DNA of 64,000 nucleotides. Origin: Acidimicrobiia bacterium (lineage in GTDB: Bacteria > Actinomycetota > Acidimicrobiia > Acidimicrobiales > JANYDT01). The notes under the pieces were generated by a model. It was not told the DNA's origin and did no database searches. It worked only from the letters and a program-made list of their open reading frames with translations. Of this stretch, positions 10,265 through 19,190 are shown piece after piece; position 1 is the stretch's first letter; the number at the start of each line of letters is the position of its first letter. The stretch lies in NCBI GenBank assembly GCA_031385545.1, contig JANNBN010000130.1:16852-80851 (forward strand), given 5' to 3'. Made by a program: the position numbers and the translations under genes.

Positions 10265-10993
10265 CTATCCGCCCGGGGATCCGCTCACCTCGACACCGCT
10301 GTCGGTCGCGCCGGAGAGCTGCGAATCGTCGGGCGTCACCGGAGGGAGGACCACCTCGGGCAGTGAACACCGCCTGTCCTCTTCAAGACACGGGAAGTCA
10401 GCGACATGGTATTCCGGGCCGAGCGAGCCGGACTGGTTGACGAGGGTGATGAATTGATCGTCGACCACGAAACGCACCCCGCCGATACCCGGACTGGCGA
10501 GAAGCGACGTCAGGGCCAACTGCGCGATGACGGCGCGGCGTTGCGGGTCGGTCAGACCCCGAATCACGCCGGCCACGGTCGACAGGTTGATCTCGGCCAC
10601 TCCGTCCACCACGACCACGGCGAGGCTGAGGTCGGTGTCGGCAACAATGGCTTCAAGCGGTGAGGTGAACCCGCCCTCGCGTTCGCGTGGCAGCAGGCCG
10701 GCCTTCAGCGATTCGATGGTGTTGCGGATCGCGAATTCTGGGTGCGTCGTGGAACTTGCCGTGTCGCGCCGCTCGACCCAGTCGAACCGACCATCACGGA
10801 AGAAGAAGATCCGGACCGGAAGGGCAGCATCGGATCTGCCACGTTTGACGGTGGTCGGAGGTCCGCTCCTGCCACCTGCATCGACAGGGGTGGCGTTGAG
10901 CGGTACACCGCAAGCGGTCAGCGGCAGAAGCGTCAGCAGAAGCAGCAAAGCCGACGTGATGGACGGTCGAGCAGGGCGGCGGAACCAATTCAT
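10265..10993 (-). CDS. GerMN-domain lipoprotein (short LpqB-like), partner of two-component system 1
   Basis: 242 aa. Lipobox LPLTAC. GerMN-like core (VRIFFFRDGRF...VAEINLS...QLALTSL...VRFVVDDQ). ATGA overlap with the upstream kinase stop (10990-10993). Confidence 0.65.
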   Translation of the reverse strand: MNWFRRPARPSITSALLLLLTLLPLTACGVPLNATPVDAGGRSGPPTTVKRGRSDAALPVRIFFFRDGRFDWVERRDTASSTTHPEFAIRNTIESLKAGLLPREREGGFTSPLEAIVADTDLSLAVVVVDGVAEINLSTVAGVIRGLTDPQRRAVIAQLALTSLLASPGIGGVRFVVDDQFITLVNQSGSLGPEYHVADFPCLEEDRRCSLPEVVLPPVTPDDSQLSGATDSGVEVSGSPGG

Positions 10994-12492
10994 GCAAGCG
11001 CCCCGTCAACCGCGTCGAGCCTGTCCTGCCCGCCAGCCGGTGCATGCGCCTCGAGCAGTTCAACGACGAACCGCGCCCCGCCGGACGGTGCTGCTTCGGC
11101 CCACACCTGGCCGCCATGCAGCCTGGCATGTTCGCTGACGAGCGAGAGGCCGAGCCCTGTGCCCTTGGTGTTGGCGCTGCGCTGTGCGCTGCCGCGGCGG
11201 AACCGTTCGAAGATCACCGCTCGCTCGTCCTCGCCGATCCCGTTCCCACCGTCGTCGACCGTGATTCGCAGCAAGTTCTCGCCGGCTTCCGTGCGGCTGG
11301 ACGACAGTGCAATCGATGTTGCGCCGCCTGCGTAATTCTGCGCGTTCTGCAACAGATTGGCCAGGATCCGCTCCACCCTGCGCCGGTCGATCGTGACGAT
11401 AGGAGGCGACAGACGAGACGCGTCGATCGGGATCTCGCCGAACCCGGCCGCGATCTGGGCGACGAACTCCGGAAGGTCGACCTCGGCGAGGTTCATCTCT
11501 GCGGCACCGGCGTCGAAGCGGCTGATCTCCAGCAGATCGAGGACCAATCGGCGGAAATGCTCGGTCTGCGAGACCAGCACGTCGATCACAGGATGAGTCC
11601 GTTCTGCGACGTCGTCACGACGCGATGCCAACAGCTGTGCCGCTGCCGACAGCGACGTGAGCGGGGTCCGCAGTTCGTGGCTGACGTCAGAAGCGAAGCG
11701 CGCTTCGCGTTCGATACGCTGTTGCAGCGAATCAGCCATGCTGTTGAACGAGCCGACAAGCGGATCGAGATCGCTGTCCGGTGCAACCTCGATGCGCGCG
11801 CCAAGCTCGCCCGAGGTGATCTCCTGGGCGGCGCGGGCGACCTGACGCAGCGGCCGCATGATCCGCACGCTGACCAAACGCCCGAACCCGGCACCGAGCA
11901 GCGACGCAATAACTGCGGCAAGGCCAAGCGCCTGCGCCAAATCCTTGAGATACTGCGCTTCGCTCGGCAGCGGCACCCGTTCGAAGTACTCGGCGACCAT
12001 GTCGCCGCTGGTCCCATAGAGCGGAACTCCGACGATGACCGTGGGCGTACCAGCAAGACGCTGCACGACGTATGCGGACTTTCCTTCGACCACCGAAAGC
12101 CGGAGTCTGTTCTCGGCCTGGCTGACCGGCTCGGTGATAGTAGTCACCACGCTACAGGTCGACGTCTGGTCGAGGGTGTCGGCCTTGCAGGTGGTCCCGA
12201 TGTCCGTGACAGCAACGGTGTAGGCGCGGTTCGGTAGGCCCAACTGGTCGATTGCGTACACCGCAAGCCCAGCGTCTGTCACAGAGGACTCGACCTCGGC
12301 CGCATTCGTCTGCGCGCGTACGACCGCCTGATCGATGCGCTGTTCGATGAAACGAGACCGAACCAGCTGATACGTGACGACAGCGAGCAGGGTGGAAACG
12401 AGCATCGCTCCGAGCGCGAACGCAGCTGTTGCACGTGCCCTCAGCCCGACCCTTGCCCGCCAACGGGAGTACAGGTTACCGAGGGCCGTCAC
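10990..12492 (-). CDS. Sensor histidine kinase, MtrB-like (TM-sensor-TM-HAMP-HisKA-HATPase)
   Basis: 500 aa. H-box FASDVSHELRTPL, N-box NLLQNAQNYA, G-box GTGLGLSLV. GTG start in a GTGA overlap with the response-regulator stop. Confidence 0.9.
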   Translation of the reverse strand: MTALGNLYSRWRARVGLRARATAAFALGAMLVSTLLAVVTYQLVRSRFIEQRIDQAVVRAQTNAAEVESSVTDAGLAVYAIDQLGLPNRAYTVAVTDIGTTCKADTLDQTSTCSVVTTITEPVSQAENRLRLSVVEGKSAYVVQRLAGTPTVIVGVPLYGTSGDMVAEYFERVPLPSEAQYLKDLAQALGLAAVIASLLGAGFGRLVSVRIMRPLRQVARAAQEITSGELGARIEVAPDSDLDPLVGSFNSMADSLQQRIEREARFASDVSHELRTPLTSLSAAAQLLASRRDDVAERTHPVIDVLVSQTEHFRRLVLDLLEISRFDAGAAEMNLAEVDLPEFVAQIAAGFGEIPIDASRLSPPIVTIDRRRVERILANLLQNAQNYAGGATSIALSSSRTEAGENLLRITVDDGGNGIGEDERAVIFERFRRGSAQRSANTKGTGLGLSLVSEHARLHGGQVWAEAAPSGGARFVVELLEAHAPAGGQDRLDAVDGALA

Positions 12493-13283
12493 GGGGCGAA
12501 CCTGTATCCGACCCCTCGAGCGGTCAGGATGTGACGCGGTTCCGCTGGGTCTGCCTCGACCTTGATGCGCAGACGCCTCACGTGCACATCGACCACCCGC
12601 CCATCAGCCAGCTGGTCGTAGCCCCACACGTGCTCCAGCAGTTCATCGCGTGAATAGACCCGGTTCGGGCTGGCGGCGAGCATCACCAGAAGCCGGTGCT
12701 CGGTCTTGGTGAGGTGCACGGTCTGGCCGAGCACCTGTACGTCCAGGTCGTACCGGTCGATGACGAGATCGCCGAACTGCATCGTGCGACCGAGCTGCAC
12801 CGCAGTTGGTGCGACATTGGGCGCCGGGGTACCGACGTTGTCGGCTGGAGGCTGTCCGCCGCTGCGCCGCAGCAACGCCCTGATCCGAGCAGTGAGCTCA
12901 ACGGGGTTGAACGGCTTTGTCACGTAATCGTCGGCGCCTGCGTCGAGCCCGTTGACGACGTCGGAGGAGGACTCGTTGGCCGTGACGATGATGATGGGCA
13001 CGCCGCTGGTCTGGCGGAGCGCACGGCACACGTCGAAACCGCTGCGGTCAGGCAGCTTGAGATCGACCAGGACCAGGTCCGGGCGGTCAGCTGCGAACCT
13101 GGCCAGGCCGTCGAAGGCGGTGGGCGCCTCTGACACCTGGAAGCCCGCATCTTCGAGGGACATGCGGAGCATCAGCCGCACGTCGTCGTCATCTTCGATG
13201 GTGAGGACGCAGGCCGTGCCGGCACCTCCACCGAGGGAACGCTCCGAGCCCGCTGCGATCGACATCTCCCCATGCTCGCGCAC
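12489..13283 (-). CDS. OmpR/PhoB-family response regulator, MtrA-like
   Basis: 264 aa. Receiver (DLVLVDLKLPDRSGF, DDYVTKP) plus a winged-helix domain (VHLTKTEHRLL...ARGVGYRF). The start could also be the internal Met at 13265. Confidence 0.9.
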   Translation of the reverse strand: MREHGEMSIAAGSERSLGGGAGTACVLTIEDDDDVRLMLRMSLEDAGFQVSEAPTAFDGLARFAADRPDLVLVDLKLPDRSGFDVCRALRQTSGVPIIIVTANESSSDVVNGLDAGADDYVTKPFNPVELTARIRALLRRSGGQPPADNVGTPAPNVAPTAVQLGRTMQFGDLVIDRYDLDVQVLGQTVHLTKTEHRLLVMLAASPNRVYSRDELLEHVWGYDQLADGRVVDVHVRRLRIKVEADPAEPRHILTARGVGYRFAP

Positions 13284-13324
13284 GTTGGCAGCTCGGAGCT
13301 TCGCGGGGACGCTCTCGGAGCAGC

Positions 13325-13330
13325 TAACGT
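13325..13330 (+). promoter_or_regulatory. Candidate -10 hexamer (TAACGT, TAnnnT type) for a near-leaderless bS22 mRNA
   Basis: The hexamer ends 9 nt before the ATG at 13340. No Shine-Dalgarno sequence lies in between. Confidence 0.3.
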
Positions 13331-13339
13331 GGCCGTCCC

Positions 13340-13441
13340 ATGGGATCGCTGATCAAGAAGCGCCGCAAGCGCATGCGCAAGAAGAAGCACAAGAAGATGT
13401 TGAAAAAGACGCGGTGGCAGCGTCGCGCCAACAAGAAGTAG
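13340..13441 (+). CDS. 30S ribosomal protein bS22 (actinobacterial micro-protein)
   Basis: 33-aa ORF below the track cutoff: [33 protein letters not shown]. It closely resembles mycobacterial bS22 as I recall it ([21 protein letters not shown]...). Confidence 0.8.
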   Translation: [33 protein letters not shown]

Positions 13442-13453
13442 GCGCTCGCTCCA

Positions 13454-14203
13454 TCACTCCGGCGCCGAAGCGAAGGGGGCGGTCGTGCGGGTGACGATCC
13501 GGCCCTCGCCAGGAAACTCCCCCTCGACGAACCACGTTGATCCGCTACCGGCCAGGTGGGGACGCCGGCCGCTGGCATCCCCGAGCCGGTCACGCCACAC
13601 GGCAAGCCGAGGCTCGACGACCAACGCTGCGGGCTCAAGATCGTTGAGACCTCCGCCCCTCGGACCCCCAAGCCGATCCCACGCTGTGTAAACGGCTGGG
13701 GTCGACACGCCGAACGGTGGGCACACCAGCGTGAAGACTCGATCGATGAACGGAAGTGGTTCGATCTGCTCGCCGATACCAGACACCCGTGCGCGGCCAC
13801 CCACGACGCAGAACGGCACATCAGCGCCCAGGCTGGCACTTGCTGCCACATCGTCGGGCGACACTCGGCCGGCCCAGCGCAGCACGGCAGCGGCATTTCC
13901 TGACCCTCCGCCCAACCCCGCTCCGGCAGGGATGCGCTTGCGAATGGTGACCAAGGCGCGGCGTTCAACCATAGTCAGCGCCCGCGCCACCAGGTTGTCA
14001 GGGCCGACTGTGACCGTGAGACCCGCAGCCGCTGCACCTTCGACGTCGATGCGAAGGCCATCGCCTGGCTCGAACGTGACCGTGTCGGCGAGGTCGAGCG
14101 ACACCATCTCCGCGTCGATGGTGTGGTAGCCGTTCGGTAGCACGCCCATGACCCTGAGCGACACCGTGAGTTTGGCCGGCGACATCACAACCGTTGGGCT
14201 CAC
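13454..14203 (-). CDS. ispE: 4-diphosphocytidyl-2-C-methyl-D-erythritol kinase
   Basis: 249 aa. GHMP-kinase motif PAGAGLGGGSGNAAAVL. Adjacent to rsmA, as in other actinobacteria. Confidence 0.85.
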   Translation of the reverse strand: MSPTVVMSPAKLTVSLRVMGVLPNGYHTIDAEMVSLDLADTVTFEPGDGLRIDVEGAAAAGLTVTVGPDNLVARALTMVERRALVTIRKRIPAGAGLGGGSGNAAAVLRWAGRVSPDDVAASASLGADVPFCVVGGRARVSGIGEQIEPLPFIDRVFTLVCPPFGVSTPAVYTAWDRLGGPRGGGLNDLEPAALVVEPRLAVWRDRLGDASGRRPHLAGSGSTWFVEGEFPGEGRIVTRTTAPFASAPE

Positions 14204-14223
14204 GACCCCAATGTACCGGCGCG

Positions 14224-15060
14224 TCAGGCGTGGGAAATCCTTCCCTTTCGTGCTGCAGCGAGCCGGCCCCAGGCGTGGACGTCGAGCTCCTCGGGCCGGG
14301 CCTCGGGCGCAACGCCGGCCGCCGCAAAGTCCTCCGCCAACACCAGCGCGGCCAAGGAGCCGCGCAGCATCTTTCGACGCTTGCCGAACCCGGTCTGCAC
14401 CAGCTCGAACAGGTCTGCGTGGGACACAATCGACGGATCGACTGCTGGCTGATCGTGGCGCACGATGGACACCAATGCCGAGTCGACCTTGGGCTGCGGA
14501 AGGAACACCGTGGGCGGAACATGGCCGACAATGCGCGCAGTTCCCCAGTAGGCAACCTTCACCGACACGCCGCCATATGCCTTGGTTCGTGGCCGACCGG
14601 CGAGCCGCTCACCGACCTCCTTCTGCACCATCACCAACATGCGGCCGATCAGCGGCTGTTGGTCCAGCAGGTCGCAGATCAACGGAACGCTGATGTTGTA
14701 CGGGAGGTTGGCCACGAGCACATGCGGCTCGCCCTGCAGCAGCTCGGGCCAGTCGGCGTTCATGGCGTCGCCCTCCACAACACGCACCCCGAGCGGCACT
14801 ACCTCTTGGACAAGGATGGGCAGCACGAATCGGTCCAGCTCCAAGGCAACGATCGAGGCCCCCGTCTCAGCGAGCGCGCGAGTCAGCGACCCCAACCCGG
14901 GACCGATCTCCACGACACGATCACCCGCACCGACCTGCGCCAACCGAGCGATGCGTCGCACCGTGTTGGGGTCGACCACGAAGTTCTGGCCGAGCGCGCG
15001 TGATGGAGCCGCGCCATAGGCCTCGAGCAACTCGGTGGCCTGCCGACGCGTGAGGGTCAT
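14224..15060 (-). CDS. rsmA: 16S rRNA (adenine1518/1519-N6)-dimethyltransferase
   Basis: 278 aa from the ATG at 15060 (MTLTRRQATELL). Motifs LGQNFVVD, VEIGPGLGSLT and NLPYNIS. ATGA-type overlap with the tatD stop (15057). Confidence 0.9.
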   Translation of the reverse strand: MTLTRRQATELLEAYGAAPSRALGQNFVVDPNTVRRIARLAQVGAGDRVVEIGPGLGSLTRALAETGASIVALELDRFVLPILVQEVVPLGVRVVEGDAMNADWPELLQGEPHVLVANLPYNISVPLICDLLDQQPLIGRMLVMVQKEVGERLAGRPRTKAYGGVSVKVAYWGTARIVGHVPPTVFLPQPKVDSALVSIVRHDQPAVDPSIVSHADLFELVQTGFGKRRKMLRGSLAALVLAEDFAAAGVAPEARPEELDVHAWGRLAAARKGRISHA

Positions 15061-15875
15061 GGCAGCCCGAACAGGCGCGTGGCGTTGTCCCAACTTGCCG
15101 TTGCGACCTCTGCCACCTCGACCCCTTTGGCCTGAGCAACCGCTGCACCGACCAACGACACATACGCCGGTATGTTCTGCTTCCCCCGGTGCGGGACCGG
15201 GGCCAGATACGGCGAGTCGGTCTCGACAGTGAACCGATCCATCGGGCACAGCACCGCAGCCTCACGAACCTCAGGCGCGGACTTGTAGGACACGATGCCA
15301 CTGAACGACAGCATGACCCCGTCGGAGAGTGCGAGGCAGGTCTCGGCTTCGGCCGGGCCACCCGTGAAGCAATGGAACACGGTGCGCTTCGGAACGCCCT
15401 GCTCATGCAGGATCGCCCACGTGTCAGGCCAGGCTTCGCGGGTATGGATCACAAGCGCCAACCCCGTTTCGTGCGCGATGCGGATCTGCGCGGCGAACGA
15501 TTCACGCTGCAGTTCACGCGGTGAATGGTCGTAGTGATAGTCCAGTCCGCACTCGCCGATACCGACCACCCGGGCACCGTGGGCTTCTGAAGATTCGACG
15601 AGCGGCCGCACCCAGTCCCACCCCTCTGTGGCGTCGTGGGGGTGCAGCCCGACCGTGGCCCACACGTTGCCATGGCTGGCGCTGTGATCACACGCCAGCC
15701 GTGACCGCTGCTCGTCCGTGCCCACGTCGATGAGTCTGAGGACGCCGGCTTGCGCAGATTGCTCGATTTCGAGCAGGAAGGGATCGACCGCGCTCGAATC
15801 CGCGGATTGGTCAGCCGGAACCTTCCCATATTCGAGATGACAATGCGCATCGGTCCAGCGCAGCCCGTCTGTCAT
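15057..15875 (-). CDS. TatD-family metal-dependent hydrolase
   Basis: 272 aa from the ATG at 15875 (MTDGLRWTDAHCHLE). Motifs HCHL, GECGLDYH and VIHTREA. ATGA overlap with the upstream response-regulator stop. Confidence 0.85.
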   Translation of the reverse strand: MTDGLRWTDAHCHLEYGKVPADQSADSSAVDPFLLEIEQSAQAGVLRLIDVGTDEQRSRLACDHSASHGNVWATVGLHPHDATEGWDWVRPLVESSEAHGARVVGIGECGLDYHYDHSPRELQRESFAAQIRIAHETGLALVIHTREAWPDTWAILHEQGVPKRTVFHCFTGGPAEAETCLALSDGVMLSFSGIVSYKSAPEVREAAVLCPMDRFTVETDSPYLAPVPHRGKQNIPAYVSLVGAAVAQAKGVEVAEVATASWDNATRLFGLP

Positions 15876-16609
15876 GCGAGCAACTTGTAGCCGATGCCGC
15901 GCACTGTCTGAATCAGCACCGGCTCTGCCGGGTTGGCCTCGATCTTGTTGCGCAGGCGGTGCAGGTGTGCGTCGACCAGGCGACCGTCGCCCAAGTGCGA
16001 GTAGCCCCACACGCGTTCCAGCAGCTGGTCGCGGCTGAGCACGATGTTGGGATGGTCTGCCAGCTCGCAGAGCAGGCGGAACTCGGTCTTGGTGAGCTCG
16101 ACCGGCTCACCGTCACGGGTGACGAGCGCTTCGGCCTCGCGGATTTCGACACCGTGCGGAAGGCTGATGACGCGACCCTCTGGCGTGTCCGATTGGGAGT
16201 TGGCCGGGTCCGCGTCGGCCGTCTGCTCTTCGGCCGAGCGTTCCAACGCCACACGGCGAAGCATGGCCCTGATGCGCGCAGCCAATGCCTTGGGAATGAC
16301 CGGCTTGGTGACGTAGTCGTCGGCCCCGGCCTCGAGCCCGGCCACGAAATCATGGGTGTCGGTGTTGGCCGTGACGATGATGATGGGCACGATGCTGATG
16401 GCGCGCAAGTCACGGCACACGTCGAAGCCCCGACGATCGGGCAACCGCAGGTCCAGCAGCACCAGGTCCGGCTGTTCCCGCTCGAACGCCTCCATCCCGG
16501 CGGCAGCATTACCGGCCTCGATGACGCGGAAATCCTCGTCTTCCAGCACCATCCGCAATGCAAGACGCATGTCGGGGTCGTCCTCGATCAACAGCAGCGT
16601 CTCGTTCAT
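15872..16609 (-). CDS. OmpR/PhoB-family response regulator, MtrA-like (paralog 2)
   Basis: 245 aa. LLLIEDDPDMR, DLVLLDLRLPDRRGF, DDYVTKP, VELTKTEFRLL...VRGIGYKL. By eye it is highly similar to 12489..13283. Confidence 0.9.
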   Translation of the reverse strand: MNETLLLIEDDPDMRLALRMVLEDEDFRVIEAGNAAAGMEAFEREQPDLVLLDLRLPDRRGFDVCRDLRAISIVPIIIVTANTDTHDFVAGLEAGADDYVTKPVIPKALAARIRAMLRRVALERSAEEQTADADPANSQSDTPEGRVISLPHGVEIREAEALVTRDGEPVELTKTEFRLLCELADHPNIVLSRDQLLERVWGYSHLGDGRLVDAHLHRLRNKIEANPAEPVLIQTVRGIGYKLLA

Positions 16610-16669
16610 GTCACGCCAAGGTTAGTTCGGAGGGTTCCTCACCCGGTCGGACTGAGTGTCGTGGGCCGA

Positions 16670-17464
16670 TCAGCGGACCGCGACGTTGGCGCGGCTGGTC
16701 GGCACGGTGGTCTGCGCACTGGTCGGTACGGTGGTCTGCGCACTGGTCGGCACGCTGGTGGTGGCCGAGGCGGACACCACCGGATCACCGGTGGCGGCAG
16801 CTGCATCACCAGTAATGGTGTCGACCAGCGATTCGAAGCTGTCACGAGACAGCGCGTCGGTTCCGAAGGTGCCGTCGCCCTGCGGGACGTCGAGCGGGTT
16901 TCCGGAAATGGTGAACCGCACCTGACCCACGCCACGCTGGCTGGCAAGCGTGAGTACCAGCTGGCCGATGAGTCGCCGCTGCTCACCGGCCGGGAGCGAG
17001 GTGAAGCCTTCACCCAGCTCGACGGTGGCGAGACCGGCTTCCAACCTGACGTCGAGCACGTCGCCGAAGTTCACCACACTGGTCAGGAACGCGGTCCCCA
17101 CGACCGGGTTCACCGGACCGCGCACCAATTCGAAGACGATGTCGAACAGCGGAGCGGCGACCGCTACCGCCCGACGTTCCTCAACGAACCGGTCGCCGTT
17201 GACGAAATACAGGGGCAGCAGCTCGATGCTGGGATCGACGGCAGTGGATGGAACAACCGTCGTCTCCACAACCGTCGACGCAACAGGAATGGTCGACGTG
17301 GTCGATGTGCTGGTGGTGCTCGTGGTCGACGTCGTAGTGCGCATCAGCCCGAACGGAACCGAATCGATGCCCCGCACCGACGGATCGACAGGCACACCGC
17401 ACGCACCCAGCACGGCCACCGAGACGACCCCGGCCACAATCGTATGTGCGCGTTTCATGTTCAT
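16670..17464 (-). CDS. GerMN-domain lipoprotein (LpqB-like), partner of two-component system 2
   Basis: 264 aa. Lipobox VLGAC. Thr/Ser-rich linker. GerMN-like core (LPLYFVNGDRF...LATVELGEGF...QLVLTL...VRFTISG). ATGA overlap with the kinase stop (17461-17464). Confidence 0.65.
   Translation of the reverse strand: MNMKRAHTIVAGVVSVAVLGACGVPVDPSVRGIDSVPFGLMRTTTSTTSTTSTSTTSTIPVASTVVETTVVPSTAVDPSIELLPLYFVNGDRFVEERRAVAVAAPLFDIVFELVRGPVNPVVGTAFLTSVVNFGDVLDVRLEAGLATVELGEGFTSLPAGEQRRLIGQLVLTLASQRGVGQVRFTISGNPLDVPQGDGTFGTDALSRDSFESLVDTITGDAAAATGDPVVSASATTSVPTSAQTTVPTSAQTTVPTSRANVAVR
16695..16766. repeat. 24-nt tandem repeat (2 full units plus 1 degenerate) in the last codons of 16670..17464
   Basis: ctggtcggcacggtggtctgcgca repeated. 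Encodes SAQTTVPT SAQTTVPT at the C-terminus. Confidence 0.85.
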
Positions 17465-19032
17465 ACTTTCGGGATCTTCAGCACGAACCGTGCACCGCCG
17501 CCGGTGGCGTCCTCGACGGACAGTTCGGCGTTCAACAGATCGGCCTGGTCTGCCGCAAGCGCCAACCCAAGACCCGTGCCCGGCACATCATGGGTGGACC
17601 TACCACGGGCGAACCGTTCGAAGACGCGTGCCCGTTCGGACTCGTGCACGCCGGGTCCGTTGTCCTCGACCGAGACATACACGTGCTTGCGGTCGGTCGC
17701 AACGCGGACGGCCGTCACGCCCCCGCCGTACTTGCGAGCGTTGTCCAGAAGGTTGCGCACGATCTGCTCGTAGCGCCTGGGGTCGAGCATTGCGTTGGCG
17801 ATCGCACCGCCGTCACTCACCTCCATCACGTCGAGCGACACGTCCTGCCCCTCGACGATTCGCCGGGTGAGCGCAGCGATGGAACACGACTCGAAGTGAA
17901 CATCGGCGACACCCGCGTCTATCCGGGCAATCTCCAACAGGTCGAGCACCATGGTGGACAAACGCGTGAGCTGACCGGTGATCACGTCGACCGCCTGGGC
18001 CGCGCGTTCGGGCATCTCGCCCTTGCGACGCTCGAGGACCTGGGCCGCCGCACTCATGACACCGAGCGGGGTTCGAAGTTCGTGGCTCACGTCGGACGCG
18101 AACCGTTCCTCGCGTTCGATGCGTCGCTGCACGGCGTCGACCATCGTGTTGAACGACGCCGCAACCCGGTTGAGGTCGGGGTCGCCTTCTTCCTGGAGCC
18201 GGGTGTCAAGCGCACCATCGGCAAGCGCCTCTGCCGCTTGTGCCACCTGGGCCACCGGTCGTAACACGCGCCGCGCCGTCCATGCACCCAGCGCGGCACC
18301 GACAGCAAGCGCACCGAGCATTCCGCCGATGACGGACGTCGCCAGTTTGGACAACGTGTCGGACAACTGGCTGAGCGGGAACACTTCGACATAGGTCGCA
18401 TTGACGCTGGGGAGCGGCACACCGACTGCAAGCGCGACGGTGCCGTCGTTGGGAAGGACGAATCGCTGCTTGGCTGCGCGTCCGTCGAGCAGGCGGTCCG
18501 TGAACGATGCGGGGAGCACCGCGTCGCTGCGGCCGACGTTGCCGCGCCACCGGTCCTGGTAGCGCACGAATGCGAACGATCCGGACTCGGTGCGCAGGCT
18601 CTCAAGGGTGGAGCGAACGTTCGGCTCGCGGGTGCGCAACGCCTGCAGGACAACCCGGGCATTGCCGTACGCCTGGTCACGCGCCGACGTGTCGCGCTGT
18701 TGGATGAGGAAGTTGCGCACCAGGTAGAACGACGAACCACCCACCAACCCCGTCACGATTCCGGCACCGAGAGCCCACACCAGCGCAAGACGTGCAGCGA
18801 GCGAGAAACGTGCCGACCGACGCCGGCCGGTGGAGCGACGCGAGCCGATCAGTTGCGAAGCGGCTGGGTCTCCTGAAACCGATGAGGGCGGTTTCGTGGT
18901 TGAGCCTCTGGCCGACTGCCCGGCGGAGCGGGCCTGAACCCGGCTCTGATTCCGATCCTGACTGGACGAGGTCGTCACCCGGTCAGTGTTGCCGATACGA
19001 GGTGGGAGCGCTGACGATCGCATCTGGAACAC
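17461..19032 (-). CDS. Sensor histidine kinase, MtrB-like (paralog 2)
   Basis: 523 aa. HAMP then FASDVSHELRTPL, then NLLDNARKYG and GTGLGLALA. The HAMP/H-box junction closely resembles that of 10990..12492. Start uncertain. Confidence 0.9.
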   Translation of the reverse strand: MFQMRSSALPPRIGNTDRVTTSSSQDRNQSRVQARSAGQSARGSTTKPPSSVSGDPAASQLIGSRRSTGRRRSARFSLAARLALVWALGAGIVTGLVGGSSFYLVRNFLIQQRDTSARDQAYGNARVVLQALRTREPNVRSTLESLRTESGSFAFVRYQDRWRGNVGRSDAVLPASFTDRLLDGRAAKQRFVLPNDGTVALAVGVPLPSVNATYVEVFPLSQLSDTLSKLATSVIGGMLGALAVGAALGAWTARRVLRPVAQVAQAAEALADGALDTRLQEEGDPDLNRVAASFNTMVDAVQRRIEREERFASDVSHELRTPLGVMSAAAQVLERRKGEMPERAAQAVDVITGQLTRLSTMVLDLLEIARIDAGVADVHFESCSIAALTRRIVEGQDVSLDVMEVSDGGAIANAMLDPRRYEQIVRNLLDNARKYGGGVTAVRVATDRKHVYVSVEDNGPGVHESERARVFERFARGRSTHDVPGTGLGLALAADQADLLNAELSVEDATGGGARFVLKIPKV

Positions 19033-19067
19033 CGCTCCCGGTCACGAGCGCTTCCGAAAAGGAGGAA

Positions 19068-19132
19068 GTCCCGCAGTCCATCTGTCCACTCCAGCCAGGG
19101 GAGCCACTCGGCGGACAGAGGAACTGCGGGAC
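19068..19132 (-). terminator. Long imperfect hairpin between rsmI and kinase 2 (candidate factor-independent terminator or 5' structure)
   Basis: 10-bp outer stem GTCCCGCAGT/ACTGCGGGAC (19068-19077 with 19123-19132). 7-bp inner stem TCTGTCC/GGACAGA (19081-19087 with 19113-19119). 3x3 internal loop. No U-tract. Confidence 0.4.
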
Positions 19133-19190
19133 ACAACCCACCACCGGAATGACTATGCAACCTCAATATTGCGGAGATGCGCGCTGATCG

